The notes under the pieces: model-generated
Seen by the model: the letters and a program-made list of their open reading frames with translations, nothing else
Database searches by the model: none
Told to the model about the DNA's origin: nothing
Made by a program: the position numbers and the translations under genes
NCBI RefSeq assembly: GCF_963921235.1
Contig: NC_086108.1
Coordinates: 44,332,001-44,396,000, forward strand
DNA from: Mobula hypostoma
Lineage: Eukaryota
DNA: 64,000 nt
Reading direction: 5' to 3'
In this document: positions 12,066 to 25,070 of the stretch, piece after piece
Layout: the number at the start of each line of letters is the position of its first letter
How positions within the stretch are numbered: position 1 is the stretch's first letter

Positions 12066-14146
12066 GATTTTTGGAGTTCAAATAATGAGCCAAACTTAGA
12101 TAGTCTTTGGCAGATGAGTGGAAATTAAGATTCATTTGACACTGAAGAAAGATGATGACCATTTCCACCTCCCTTAAAATTCAGCAATATTTCCATTACT
12201 AAATCCCTTGCCATCTCTATCTTGGAGGGAGGTTAGCAGATACTTCACTGGATATGTAGCAAACAAGCATAATCAGATGTCGAATACTCTGCAGCAAGGT
12301 GTTCAATACTTGAACCTGCAGAGTGTTTCCACCACAACGAGGAACAAAGCTCTCCACTCCCTTGAATTAGTGCATTTCCACAGCATTCAGGATCCTACCC
12401 ACTAGCTTGAGTTTCACAATTCCCACCATCAATGCGCCATGATTATTTATGCCATCTGCGAATGCATTGTAGATACCCACAAAGATCACTGACAGTACCT
12501 TAAAAAAAAAGTGACCTTCCATCCATCATCTGGAAAGATAAGGCAGTGAAAGCATAGGCACACCTTGATACATCAGGTTCCAAGTTTCCTTGCATCCTCA
12601 CTGAACATGAGTTTCTTTTCCTTACTTGTCTGCTAGTCAATAGGCTGCAATTCCTGAAGTAACAGCTTCATCTTACACACTGCAGTGACTAAAGAGGGCA
12701 CCTCACTATCACCTTTGGAAACCAATCAACAATAGCAATTAAATATATTCATGTCACGACTGAACGGAAAAGGGAATGATTATTATTTACCCTATTCAAG
12801 TACAGTACCTGTCTGTCCTCCCTCTGGAGAGTCGTCTTTGCATAACTTGGATGGTCAATTGTGGTCAAGCAGACCCTAGTTTGTCCTTGACTGTTCCACT
12901 GTTACTATCAGTTTTATGTAAATTGACAGCTATGCTCCTACATTACAATTTAGTGTGTTTGTAACATCTTGAAACATTATATAAATGTAAGTTAATCATT
13001 TCTTGCTGAAAGTGATGTGCTGATTTTCCTCATCGAGCTGTGATGAAATAAAACAAAATAAAGGAGCCCAATACCTAAGTGGGAAATCTGTCTGACTTTC
13101 CCCAGGTCCACTAAAGCCAATTGGAGGTGGAGCGGATGATATCCATGATGTTTCTGGCCCATAATCTTCTATTTAAAGAATGTTGGAGTCAATTGGCCAT
13201 GGTTTTTGTTGTCTCAGCTGTTGGATACTTTGATTTGATTTCTCAGGGTCATCCTGCTCCACTAAACATTTAGATCCGGGAGATCTTATCATTAAAGCTC
13301 TAGTTTTTGGCATGGCTCCTCTGTAGAGCAGCTGAGAGGGACCCGTCAACCAATCTGACTGAATCAGCTTATTCAGCTTTCAACAGCTAAGAGACAACAA
13401 GACTCTTACAATATTCCAAAATATTTTGATGTAACTTCCACAAGATTGACTTTGGAGCTGCCTATTTTGAAATGTTGTTCCAGTCACTGGATTTATTGGT
13501 ATTGAGTAGATTTCTTTGCAATGAATTGGAGAATAATTGGTGGGGAACAGGCTGGTTATTGAAGAGATGAAAAATACTTTGGGTTTATTATCACTCAACT
13601 GTACACATATTTACAAGAAAACAAAACAACATTCCACAGGGACAAAGGTGCAAAACACAGTACATAAAATAATATCAATGCAACAATATTAACAGATAAT
13701 AGTAAAAAAAAATCTGCAGGATATGACACATAGTCAACAGTATAATGCTACTGGCACTGTCATAACCAATGTGTTCTGCAGGGTGTTCAGAAGTCTGACA
13801 GCCTCGGGAAAGAAGCTGTTACCCACCCTGGCAGCCTTAATTTTGATAGTTTCACACCATTCCTTTGTTGGGATGGGGGAGTTAGGTTAGGTGTGCATTT
13901 GTTGCCCTTGAGTGAGGACAAACCATGTTTTTGAACTGCTGCTGTCCTTCTGTCAGTAGTGCTGGATAAATCATTCCAGGATTTAGATCCAGGGACAGTG
14001 GTGTGACTTGGAGGAGAACTGCAGATGGCAATGCTCCCATTTGCTTGCTGCCCCTTGGCATCCTTTGGTAATGGTTGCATGTTTGCAAGATATTTTCACT
14101 ATAGCCTGGGCAAGTAACTGCGGTGTATTTTGTAACTGCAAGTTGT

Positions 14147-14496
14147 CCTCCCCCAGCTGCCTATCACCTCCCCCATGGTTCCACCTCCTTCTACTACCCA
14201 TTGTGTTTTCCCCTATTCCTTCTTCCCTTTCCTGCCTATCACCTCCCTGCTTCCCCTCCCTCACCCCTTTGTCTTTCCCCTTACTGTTTTTTCACCTGGA
14301 ACCTACCAGCCTTCTCCTTCCCACCCTCCCCCACCTTCTTTATAGGGCCTCTGCCCCTTCCCTCTACAGTCCTGACGAAGGGTTCCAGCCCAAAACGTCG
14401 ACTCATCGTTTCCACGGATGCTGCCTAACCTGCTGAGTTCCTCCAGCGTGTTGTGAATGTTGCTTTGATCCCAGCATCTGCAGAATATTTTGTGTT
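14147..14496 (+). mobile_element. Penelope-like element 3' region with a decayed hammerhead motif
   Basis: Pyrimidine-rich tract, then cagtcctgacgaagggttccagcccaaaacgtcgact...gatgctgcc...gagttcctccagc...ccagcatctgcag, homologous to 61200-61579. Confidence 0.8.
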
Positions 14497-16787
14497 AACA
14501 AGTTGTGTACTGTTGTTTGTGGATGCTCAATATTGCCCAAATACTGAGAGGAGGACTTTGCATAATCAACCCTGAGCTGGGAAGGACCTTGCTAGGTCTA
14601 AATTTGGTACCTAGAATGATGTCAGCTGCCCACTTGGTTTTATTTTTTTCTGCTTTAACTAATAGACCTGATACAACCCAGTGGCTTGCTGAGCCAGGTA
14701 GGAAGGTATGAGATACGTAAATTGCTACAAGTCTGGACTCAGAAATTACAGAGACCATGCAAAGATGGCAAATTGCATTGAAGGGCATTAGAGTACCAGA
14801 TAAGTTTCTAGCAACAATCCAGTTATTTAATGGCCTACATCATTGAGGGAGCCTGTTTTAAATAATCCAGTTTATTAACTGAATATAAATTCTACCACCT
14901 TGGTGGGATTTGAATTCACGCCCCCTGAGTGTTAGTCCAAGTACCTGAGTTACTAAACAGGAAACTTAATCACCAATCAACATACTTTAACTGAGTAAAA
15001 AAAGATTGAGATTATTTAGGAATATCATTTTCATGTGTTTTAACTTCTACCAATAATATTTTCTAATACAGGTATACCACAGTTACTCCAGGAAATAATG
15101 AATACTCTGCTACTTATATATTGGTGCTTCTTTGAATAGTATAAGGATAGATACTAAACTGAGCAGTCTATGTGCCTAATCTGCTCGCCTGGGAATGCTG
15201 AAAAGCAGACAGACTTTGCCAGAAACATCTATGCAGCAAGTGAAAGTCCTTCCCAATACTATAATTTGAAACATGCAACTGTATCAGATAGGTTCAGCTA
15301 ACAGGTAGCTGTGGACTGCACTCTTCAATCTCCAATGTTTCCTCTGAAATTCATACTTCTGAAATTTTGTTTTCACAAATTTTAGACATAAATTTTGTGA
15401 AAGATAAACTTAGAATTAAGTTTCCAAATATATATAGTATATACATCTGGTTTGACATGTGATATGCTTTCCATTTCTAATACAGGTCATTTGTATTGGA
15501 CCTACATTTCTGAGAGAGATTGTCATTTAACACCAAATAATTAATTTTCATTTGTTAATCTGGACCATCTAGGAAATAAAACGGAGATTTTCCAAACTAA
15601 TTACAGGTAACAGGGCTTCATCTTAGTTCCTGGACTAAGAGACCAGGATCTAACCATCTAGACCAGTAATTTCCAGCTTATGTACTCTGTATCTAAGTGA
15701 ACAAATGGCTTGTGTAGACTAGACAAGACAATTTCAGTGGTCATGTTGGTGACTTGCAAAACTTCTGTCTCAATACCAATGAATTAAAGAATTACAAATG
15801 AAAAGAAATTTTGTTTTTCCCATCAATAGCTTGGTTGGTGAATAACTTGCTGATAAGCAATATAAATAAGGAAGGTCCCAGTTTATATCCGTCAATGTAG
15901 CCTGAGGAACAATTATTGGTCTTGACATCTTTTAGCACAGAAGCAAAGGACTGAAGTGTATAGATTTCTATCCAGTAACAGACGTTGAAAGAAATCATTA
16001 GTGCATTTCAGATGAGGTGGGAAAGACTCATTTGCACCTAGAACCTGGAGCAATTTCAAGAAGTCTGATTCAACACAAATAGATGGAACCTGTAGCATTT
16101 CAAGAATTAAGGCATGTTTTCTCACTGCTTTTCTGAGAGCAACAGATCATTAATATATAAACTTGCTACCAGCTTCTGTTGTCAAAACATGGTCCTAATT
16201 TGCAGGATTTTTCATGTATGAAATTGTAGCTTTTCTATCTCATATGTCACCTCCTGTCATCAAGTTTCTTTTCAAAGTTGAATGAAACTTGTATTAAATT
16301 GTATCCTCCAAAAAAAAAGGGTCTTGTTAACATGTATAGCATGACCTCTTATCTGTAAAACAATGCTGGATTTCCATCTCATCTTCATTTCCAAAGGATG
16401 ACCCTGAACCGTGCTTTAACAATACTCACAAATTGTTTTACAACATCTCAGGTCAAGCTTACTAGTCTAGAATTCCCAAATCCTCTCATTAATTGGTGCC
16501 AGCCAGGTTAGCTGCTTCTCAGTCATCTGGGGTCTCCAAGGGATAGTTTTTTCTACAGAAAACCTTATTATACAATCAGTGTTGAGTATATTACCATCAA
16601 TTACAAATGTTTTCTTTCTTGTCTTCTGCCTCTTCTGAAGCTGCTGGTTCGTGCTACAGCAATGTCCACATTCTGTATTCCTCTCCCCAACACGACATTC
16701 AAGTCAACAGTTTTCCTGATTCTGGGCTATTCAACTATTGGCAGGAACAACAACAGGCTAAAATATGTATACAAGTATATATATTTC

Positions 16788-17013
16788 TAATAGATTGTTC
16801 TTTTTAATTTCAAAATATACTTTATTCAAAAATAAAATTATGTACAATAAACCATTCAATGACTCTCAATCCTTTACAGATGTTTCCATTATGGACTTTA
16901 CATTTTTAATAGATTGTTTTTTAAAATGTCAAAATATACTTTATTCAAAAATAAAATTATATACAATAAATGACTCTCAATCCTTTACATATGTTTCCCT
17001 TGTGGTCTCTACA
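16788..17013. repeat. Imperfect tandem duplication (about 119-bp period)
   Basis: taatagattg...caaaatatactttattcaaaaataaaatta...gactctcaatcctttaca starts at 16788 and 16907. Confidence 0.85.
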
Positions 17014-17179
17014 TATCCATACCTTTGGCCACCCACATGGCACTCCGTTGGTTCATCTTACCACACCATTGTTGAGGTACATACTCCCCGCCACCCGACC
17101 CCTTCCACTCCCGCGGGAGAAATAGATTGTTCTTCCTTACGTAGGTGATGTAAGTACATGGAAAGTACGTGTTGGTGTC

Positions 17180-17455
17180 AGCACATGGTAGCGTAGTGGT
17201 TAGCACAACACTTTACAGTACAGACGGCCTGGGTTCAATTCCCACTTCTGCCTGAATGTTCTCCCTACGACCACATGGGTTTCCTCTGGGTGCTCCGGTT
17301 TCCTCCAACAGTCCAAAGATGTTTCGGTTTGTAGGTTAATTAGTCTTTGTAAATTATCCCATGATTAGACACCGATTAAATCAGGGGATTGCAGGGCAGT
17401 GTGGCTCAAAGGGCCAGAAGGGCCTACTCCACACTGTGTCACAATAAATAAATAA
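17180..17455 (+). mobile_element. tRNA-derived V-SINE (HE1-like)
   Basis: A box (tagcgtagtgg), B box (ggttcaattccc), V-domain gggtttcctctgggtgctccggtttcctcc and (aaat)n tail. Confidence 0.8.
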
Positions 17456-18303
17456 TATTTCCACTATGGCCTCCTCTGCTGTTGTGTAAAATCATAATGT
17501 CCAAACTCAATTGAATGTAGCTAATAAACACAGTCCTTATCTGCTTCTTACCTAATTGAAGGTATTTCAGTCCTAGATATCTGACTTCCTGAAATTTTGA
17601 GTTTAACCCCAGATTTCCATCGAAGTTAAAACATTCACTAATTTCCACCCTATCAAGCCATCTAATAATGTAACATGTTTCAATCAGATCACCTGTAACT
17701 CCTTTGAATTACAGGAATAAAATCACTACCCACTCTGTCTCTCCCTGCATGACGGTCCTGTCATCCCAGGAATCAATCTAATGGTCCAATCCTTACATTG
17801 CTTTAAGAGTTGTTGAGGCCTGTTATTTAACGGAGATGAGATTATTTTTAAACTTGCACATTTTGATCTGTTTAACATATTTGGTAGCATCTATCCACTG
17901 TGAGTGCTCTAAAATAGTCCTGGAATAATTCAAAGCACAGATCAAGGTGATTTTCAAAGTGTCTCATAAAAGTGCATACATGCTTTAAGGACAGAAACAT
18001 CGAAAACATTTGTACAGAACTGGTCATGAAATTTAGAATGGGATTTAGCAGATTTTCAACTTCTCTGGAATAAACTAAACTCTGTGAATGAAAGAAATGC
18101 GCCTTATCAGTGATTAACTATACCAGGAAAAAACTTGATAGGTTATCTTTGGTGAACATTGGAAATCAAAGTAAGAATTGTATATCTGGGACATATTGCC
18201 AAATGCATGAGGATTCCACATGGTTTAATGGTGTAAAGAATTACTTGTACTTGTAAAGAATCGTAGAACTAAAGGAACTTTCTAGTCGATTGTGTTTTCT
18301 CGT

Positions 18304-18919
18304 CAAGATGGTGCCAAGCTGCGATGTCTGTCGATATAGTGGCGCAGACTAAGTAGTTTTTTTAGGTTTGTAGGGATTGTTTTGGGGACAGCATGGGAAA
18401 TCAGGGGTCAGATCAGGGTTTAGGAATAGGGAGGAGGGAAAGTTAAATGTCAGGGGCAGTAACTGAAGAATCCTGGGATCGATACCCAGAGGATGGCAGA
18501 GCCAGAGGTCGAAGTCCAGAGCTCGGTGAGCCCAGTGCAAGAAGCTTGAAGGTCAAAGAATTCAGCCACTCCAAAGATAAAGGCCAAAGGTCAAAGCCCC
18601 AGATGTGTTTGCCCCGAGGTCAGGGGCCAAAGACTGAAGGGGGCCTGCCTGGGGTTGGTAACCTGTCTGTGTGTGTGCATGTTGTTGGGGGGGGGGGGCG
18701 TGGTGTGGAATTACTTTGTTCTGGCTGTCTTGTTCTGTTTTGTTGTTGTTAATGTTGCTGCTTGTGTTATTCTTTTCAACATTGCAGGCATGCTATGAGG
18801 CAATACTTCTCTTGTGGGCTGCCCATAGCACAGGCTTAGCTGTCCTGGTTATTAACGCAAATGACACATTTCACTGTACGTTTCGATCTACATCTGATAA
18901 ATAAATCTGAATCTGAATC
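18304..18919 (+). mobile_element. Non-autonomous retroposon with a Rex-like 3' end
   Basis: Starts caagatggtgcc and ends catttcactgta...ataaataaatctgaatctgaatc; no long coding capacity. Confidence 0.55.
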
Positions 18920-19889
18920 GGAAGCTGATTTCAATTTCAATTGGTGCTAAATGCTTGTGTTCACTGGTGCAGGCTACAATTGGCTTCAGTATGGGTGTAC
19001 GAAAAAAATCATTTTTAAATCATAGCAGAGGAAATGTGAAAACTATCATTTCTGGGCACTACAGAATGCATACCAGGGTGATTTTCTGTAATGCGGTTAA
19101 AATAAACAGAGGGAGACTGGAAAAAGAACAAAAATATCTCATATGACCGCAAGTTTTTCTAGATCAAACCTTTGTCAGCAATTCCTCAGACAGTGCCTCC
19201 AAGGGCTCTGATTATTATTGTGACTGATTCAGATTAGCTTACTGTGCTTTCAATCCATCATTGCTGAAACAAGCTCTCCTTTCTGAATGCAGCAGGTACA
19301 AACTGGAACTGCACTCTGCGAAATACACCATCAAAAAGATATGCATGCTAAAACAAGTAAATGTACAATCTGTAATTTGAGGCTTCTTCTTCTGTCTATT
19401 TGTGTGCCTTAATACACTGTGTCATTTTAAGATTTACTTTCAGAACAAGTAGGCTGTTTTGTCTGCTTATAAATTAAACAGAACAATTGTTGGAAGCAAA
19501 TTGTACCTACAGCACTGTCTGCAGATTTCCTGTGGCATTACCAAATTATTCACGAAGTGTAACCAGAGGATGCTTCAGATTTTTATAGCATTAAACATTT
19601 GATGTTAAGGGTTCCTAAACTATTACCTGTGACCATTCCCTTAATAAATGTAGATAGCACCATTAGCTCTGTTTACAGTGTAAATTGTTCCTATTAGTAA
19701 AATGAAAAGCAGATAGTTGCCAGACAGTTCAAATTTGTGTCATTACTGATGTTTTATCCTCAACACATCAACAGCAGACTATTCTTACAGCTGTAACTTG
19801 ATTGTACCCATTGCATCAACTGCAGATTTTATCTGCAGTGGTAATTGCAGAATGTGCGCTGTCCCTTCCAGGCGTGTGATTTGCAGCTA

Positions 19890-19903
19890 CCACAAGATGG
19901 CAC
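19890..19903 (+). promoter_or_regulatory. Candidate CTCF-binding site
   Basis: CCACAAGATGGCAC matches the CCACNAGRKGGCRS core and is not in an obvious repeat. Confidence 0.45.
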
Positions 19904-20269
19904 TTTGTTCACACTTTAAATATATCCCTTGGCTCCTACAGCGGAGGGTCCTGGTTAAACAGCATTCTTCATCTCTATGTACATTTTTCATAATGGTTCC
20001 ATCTCTCATATTTTCCTTTAAAGCCACAACACAGGATTTAGAATTTGGTGTTTAATTTGAATTGTTCATTTTACATTGGGACCACTTCAGTTAAAAAAAA
20101 GAATGTTGATTAAAAACAAATCTTTTACAAAATATGTTGCTTTAACACATTTTGAACACAGCAGAGTACAACACGGCCGATGAGAAAGGAATGAAGAAAA
20201 ATGATATGAACTTTCTTTGTTCATGAAATAAATAGGGAATCAAGAGCAAGCAAAAGAACACGAGAAATA

Positions 20270-20600
20270 TGGATCAAGGGAATGCATGGGGTTGGGAAAA
20301 GGAGTAAAATAGAGAGTGTGGTGAGAAATTGGGGAGTGGTGAAACAGAAGGAAGAGAAAAAGCTAGGAATGAGGAAGATGAGATAGAGAAAGGGGGCAGG
20401 AGAGTAGGGGAAGGTGCAAAGGAAATAAAAGGTGTGTGAAAATGTGAGGGTGTAAAGAAAGGGAAAATGAAAGAGTGGGAGGATGGGAAATAGTGAAAGT
20501 GGGGCATATAGAGAAGGGGAGGAAAATGGGTGAGAAGGATACAGAAAGGAAGGATGAAAAAAATGAGGGAAGGTGGCAGGAAAAAAGGATTGTGTAAACG
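20270..20600 (+). repeat. Purine-rich (G/A) low-complexity tract
   Basis: About 330 bp with strong G/A strand bias. Confidence 0.8.
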
Positions 20601-21884
20601 AGTGTCAAAGATTTATGAGAGGACTGGAGTGAATAGGGTTGTGGATGGATACTGGGGTTTTCCTAAGCAGATGTCCATTTTCTCTTGGTACCATCTGTGC
20701 TGTGATTGAGCTGCCGACCAGGACCGACACCAGTGCCGGAAGGGCACAAATTGTCAGTAGGGTCAACTTGACAAAAGCCTTCTCTTTTGACTCGACACCA
20801 ATCCACTGTACTACAATGTTTTCAAAGCACTTTGTTCCACAAACAATCTTCATGCTGGAATCCTTTAAGAAGTAAATCCGTTGATGCAAGAAATGGGATT
20901 TTAGCTCTTATGGTGAGGAGTTTACTTCCAACCAGTATAACGGCAGGTTATAATTTTTGATAAGGTTTTCCTCAGGGCTAGTTTTCCCCTCCTGTTGAAC
21001 GTTTTGTAGTCTGAAGTCCTCCTTCAGTCCTTCTTTACCTTTCTCCCCCTGTAAAAGATATCAACCTTGCCATTGAAGAAAGGATTTCTATTTACAATAC
21101 TGAATGTAGGGAAAGTAGGAAGCCTTTATGGGAGGAGTCTTTTTAAAGGTAGTGGAGGTGGAAAGGTTTCCTCAGGGAATTGGAGAGCAATGCTGGTGTT
21201 GGGATTGCACTCTTGTTGGTGTACTGGGGCTTGTGGAATGATTGAGATGGGAGCAGCCTCTGAGCTGCAGTTCAGTGCTGAAGGAGACTATAACAAGTTG
21301 CTGGAACCAGTGAAGATCTGCAAAGGCAGATGCAATGAATGATCAGTTGAAAGAGCCAATGGGGAAAGTGCCGGAGAACTAAACCTACAGATGAGAAGTT
21401 TCAGCCGTGATAACATTTGAGGAAGGTGCTTAGGGAGGAATGGGTAGAAAAGGTTGATTTTGGTGAGTTTGAAGCTATGGACCTGACCAGACAACAGATT
21501 TATATTAGGTTTTGCCCAAACTAGCAAAGAGGAGGCCAGAATCACAATAGCTATACTAAAGGGTTATAACATGGGACCACTATGGTACTTCTGAATTCCT
21601 CCAGTATGTGACCAGGCACAGGTGTTTACATCAGGGGTCCCCGGATATTAATCAGGACATGAAGTTGTCCCAGTTTCACTTCCCTAATCCTTGACTTCAA
21701 GACACCAACTGGAGTTTTCTTTTCTACTGTTGCTCTATTTAGGATTAAAGGACTCAACACTAATTGGAGACAAAATCTTCCGCTTTGCGTGTCTCACAGG
21801 AAAGAGCATCTAATTCAGTCTCAATACCCCACATCACTGTTCATGTCGTTCTGATAATAAAAGAGCATGATGCCATTATTCTTG

Positions 21885-22322
21885 ACGCGAGAGATTCTGC
21901 AGACGCTGGAAGTCCAGAGTAACACACACAAAATGCTGGCGGAACTCAGCAGGTCAGGCAGCATCTATGGAGAGGAATAAGCAGTCGAAGTTTTGGGCCG
22001 AGACCCTTCATCAAGACGAGAAAGAAAGGGGGAAGAAGCCAGAGTAAGAAGGTGGGGGGGGGGTGAAGGGACGGAATACAAGCTGGCAGGTGATAGATGA
22101 AGTCACCTGAGTGGGAAGGTAGGTAGGGAGGTAGGGGAGGGGAAATTAAGTGATAAGCTGGGAGGTGATAGATGGAAAAGGTAAAGAGCTGAGGAAGGAG
22201 GAGGATTTTGCCTTCTTCTCCCCTTCCTTTCCAACCGATGAAGGGTCTCAGCCCAAAACGTTGACAGTTTATTAATTTTCCTAAATGCTGCCTGACTTGC
22301 TGGGTTCCTCCAACATTCTGCA
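21885..22322. mobile_element. Two Penelope-like 3' ends in inverted arrangement
   Basis: A minus-strand copy (about 21885-22204) abuts a plus-strand copy (about 22205-22322); arms about 21928-22038 and 22212-22321 are complementary. Confidence 0.8.
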
Positions 22323-23194
22323 TACACCATATTGAGTATGAAGGAAAGGAACAAGAAAGCAGAGGATTCCTCCATTTGGCAGAGACTCTGGTCTTTACAT
22401 GATAGTGTGAACAAGCATCCAGCGGAGCCTAGATGATCACAGGAAGGGACAAGCATGGAAAAATGGACATGCATGAATTTTTCCCGCTTTACTTGAAGAA
22501 CTTCAAATAGCTTGTGAAGGAAGATACTTGTAGAGTACAGAGGTCAGCTGCCTGTCTTTGGCAATGCCTAATTCCTGACCATGGCTGAACTTGCAGTTAA
22601 ATAAATACTGCACATTGCACCTACCTCATTGGTCATCCTAGCACCTCTTGCTTTTCTACAGATTATATTGCAGTAAAGACAATTAATAAACTCTTCTCGG
22701 GGTCCTTTGATTTAATTATTATCATGGGTGTACAGCGAAATTGTCCAAGTACAATTACTGATAGTGAATTCCAAGGATTCTTGTCTGTAGGTTGCAGTCA
22801 TCTGTGGTGGGAACATGCATTATCTGGTGTTTCTGTGCACTGAAAATGTCATCGGTCTGATTTCCTGTATGCACTAGATTTTAGATGAACAACAAAATGA
22901 TAAAAAGATTTTCTGCTTCTGGCTAGGTGTGGGGGCGGGTGTAAAAATAAATCAAGCTTTGTTATCTTCATCACCGCCCGGTGGCCCCTCCTATAATGTG
23001 TCAGAGACCACTACAGTAACCCCCCCATACAAGTGTGTGCCCCATCAACACACATCGCCACAGCCTACACATGGAATGCATATCTTGGGGAAGTGTGGAG
23101 AACTGGTATGGCAGAACTCCTTGAAAGTTAAACTAGTAGCTTTCAGGAGTGAGTGTGGAGGATGCAAAACTTACCTTAAGCTTTTAATTGGTGA

Positions 23195-25070
23195 TGGTAT
23201 TGGTTTCTTATTGTCCAATGAACCAAGATACAATGAAAAGCTTGACTTGTATACTGTTTATACAGATCAAATCATTACATGGTGCACAAGGTAGAACAAT
23301 AACAATGCAAAAGAAGTGCAGTGCAGGTAAACAATAAAGTGCAAAGTCATAAAGAGGTAGCTTGTGAGGCCACAAATCCATCTTATCGTCCATTTAGGAG
23401 TCTGATAACAGAGTGGGATAGAAGCTGTCCTTGAGCCTAGAAGTACGTGTTTTCAAGTTTTTGTATCTTCTGTCCTTTGGGAGAGTGGTCTGGGTATGAT
23501 CTCCAGAAAGCAATTTTATAGGCGAAGTGGCAATGTCAGACTGATTATGAATCAATGAAGAATGCTCAACACCTGAAGCAGAACTTAAATGCGACATGGG
23601 TGACAACAGGGCTTCACTTCCAGATGAGCTCAAAGTTCAAAACAAATTTATTACCAAAGTACATATATGTCACCATATACAACCCGGAGATTCATTTTCT
23701 TCTGGGCATACTAAATAAATCTATAGAATCAATGAAGGACCACCCAACTTGGGCATTCAACCAAAGTGCAGAAGACAGCCAAATGTGCAAATACAAAATA
23801 AATAAATAAATAAATAAGCAAGCAAGCATTAAATATCAAGAACATGAGATGGGGAATCCTTGAAAGTGAGTCCATTGGTTGTGGGAACATTTCAACAATG
23901 GGGCGAGTGAAGTCGTTAACTCCTTTGGTTCTTGAGCCTGATGGGGTTGAGGGGTAGTAACTGTTCCTGAACCTGGTGGTGTGAGCTCTGAGACTCCTAA
24001 ACCTTCTTTCTGATGGCAGCAGCAAGAAGAATGCCTTCTATGCTCACTTTGACCGTCAAAGTGTGAAGGAACCTTCACAAACTCCCACAGCCCTCAATAA
24101 CCCTATGATTTCTGTCTCTGGTGTGCGAGGAAGCGGAAGTGAGGTGGGCGGGCGGGCAGGAATCCGTGTCAGGAAAGAAGTAAACCCTAGCCGGCCGGCT
24201 CTCCCGTCCATTCTGTCTCCAATGTCCACTTGCTGAGGGAATCGGGCCGGCAGTCCTCGGAGTCGCCTGATGCCGGTGGCCGGAGGTGGGGACGTCGTAA
24301 GCGGTGTGCGAGGAAGCGGAAACGAGGCAAACGGGCAGGAGTCCGTGCCGGGAGAAAAGCAAGCCCTAGCCGGCCGGCTCTCCCGTCCATTCTGCTCACC
24401 AACAAACATTAAATTGGACTGCATCCGACTCCAACAAAATACTCGGCGGGGGTACAGAAATGGACAGAACCCCGGACTCAGCTGTTTATTTATGTAAGTT
24501 CCCCCCCCACCCCCACCAAGCCATCGGACTACCAACCTACTGCCCTCTGCTGTGCCTATTGTCTTGTTTATTATTTATTGTAATGCCTGCACTGTTCTGT
24601 GTACTTTATGCAGTCCTGGGTAGGTCTGTAGTCTGGTGTAGTTTTTGTGTTGTTTTACATAGTTCAGTGTAGTTTTTGTATTGTTTCATGTAGCACCATG
24701 GTCATGAAAAACGTCGTCCCGTTTTTACTGTGTACTGTACCAGCAGTTATGGTCGAAATGACAATAAAAAGTGACTTGACTTGACTTGATATTAGAGATT
24801 CCTTCAAGAGGATGATCCCTTGGGAATCATCCAGCCCAGACAGCATACCTGGCTGAGTACTGAAGACTTGTGCTGATCAGCTGTCTGGAGTGTTCTCAGA
24901 TATCTTTAACCTCTCGCTTCGGCAGTTGGTTGTGGTCTTTCATCGATTTTATCGTGGTTCACGATATTAAACCTGATTCTGATTTACTAAGTATGCCTGC
25001 AAGAAATCAAATCTTAGAGTAGTATATGATTACATTTATGTACTTTGATAATAAACTTACTTTGAACTTT
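23195..25070. mobile_element. Cluster of Rex1/Babar-like LINE fragments on both strands
   Basis: Minus: LPKDRRYKNLKTRTSRLKDSFYP and LLPSERRFRSLRAHTTRFRNSYYP; plus: AFYAHFD...ISVS and VLKTCADQLSGVFSDIFNLSL; tail tactttgataataaacttactttgaactttg. Confidence 0.8.
24120..24789 (+). mobile_element. Young internally deleted Rex-like element with a duplicated 5' module
   Basis: CpG-rich [17 protein letters not shown]...[11 protein letters not shown] module present twice, fused to a 3' UTR ending aataaaaagt(gactt)n; interrupts an older RT fragment. Confidence 0.75.
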
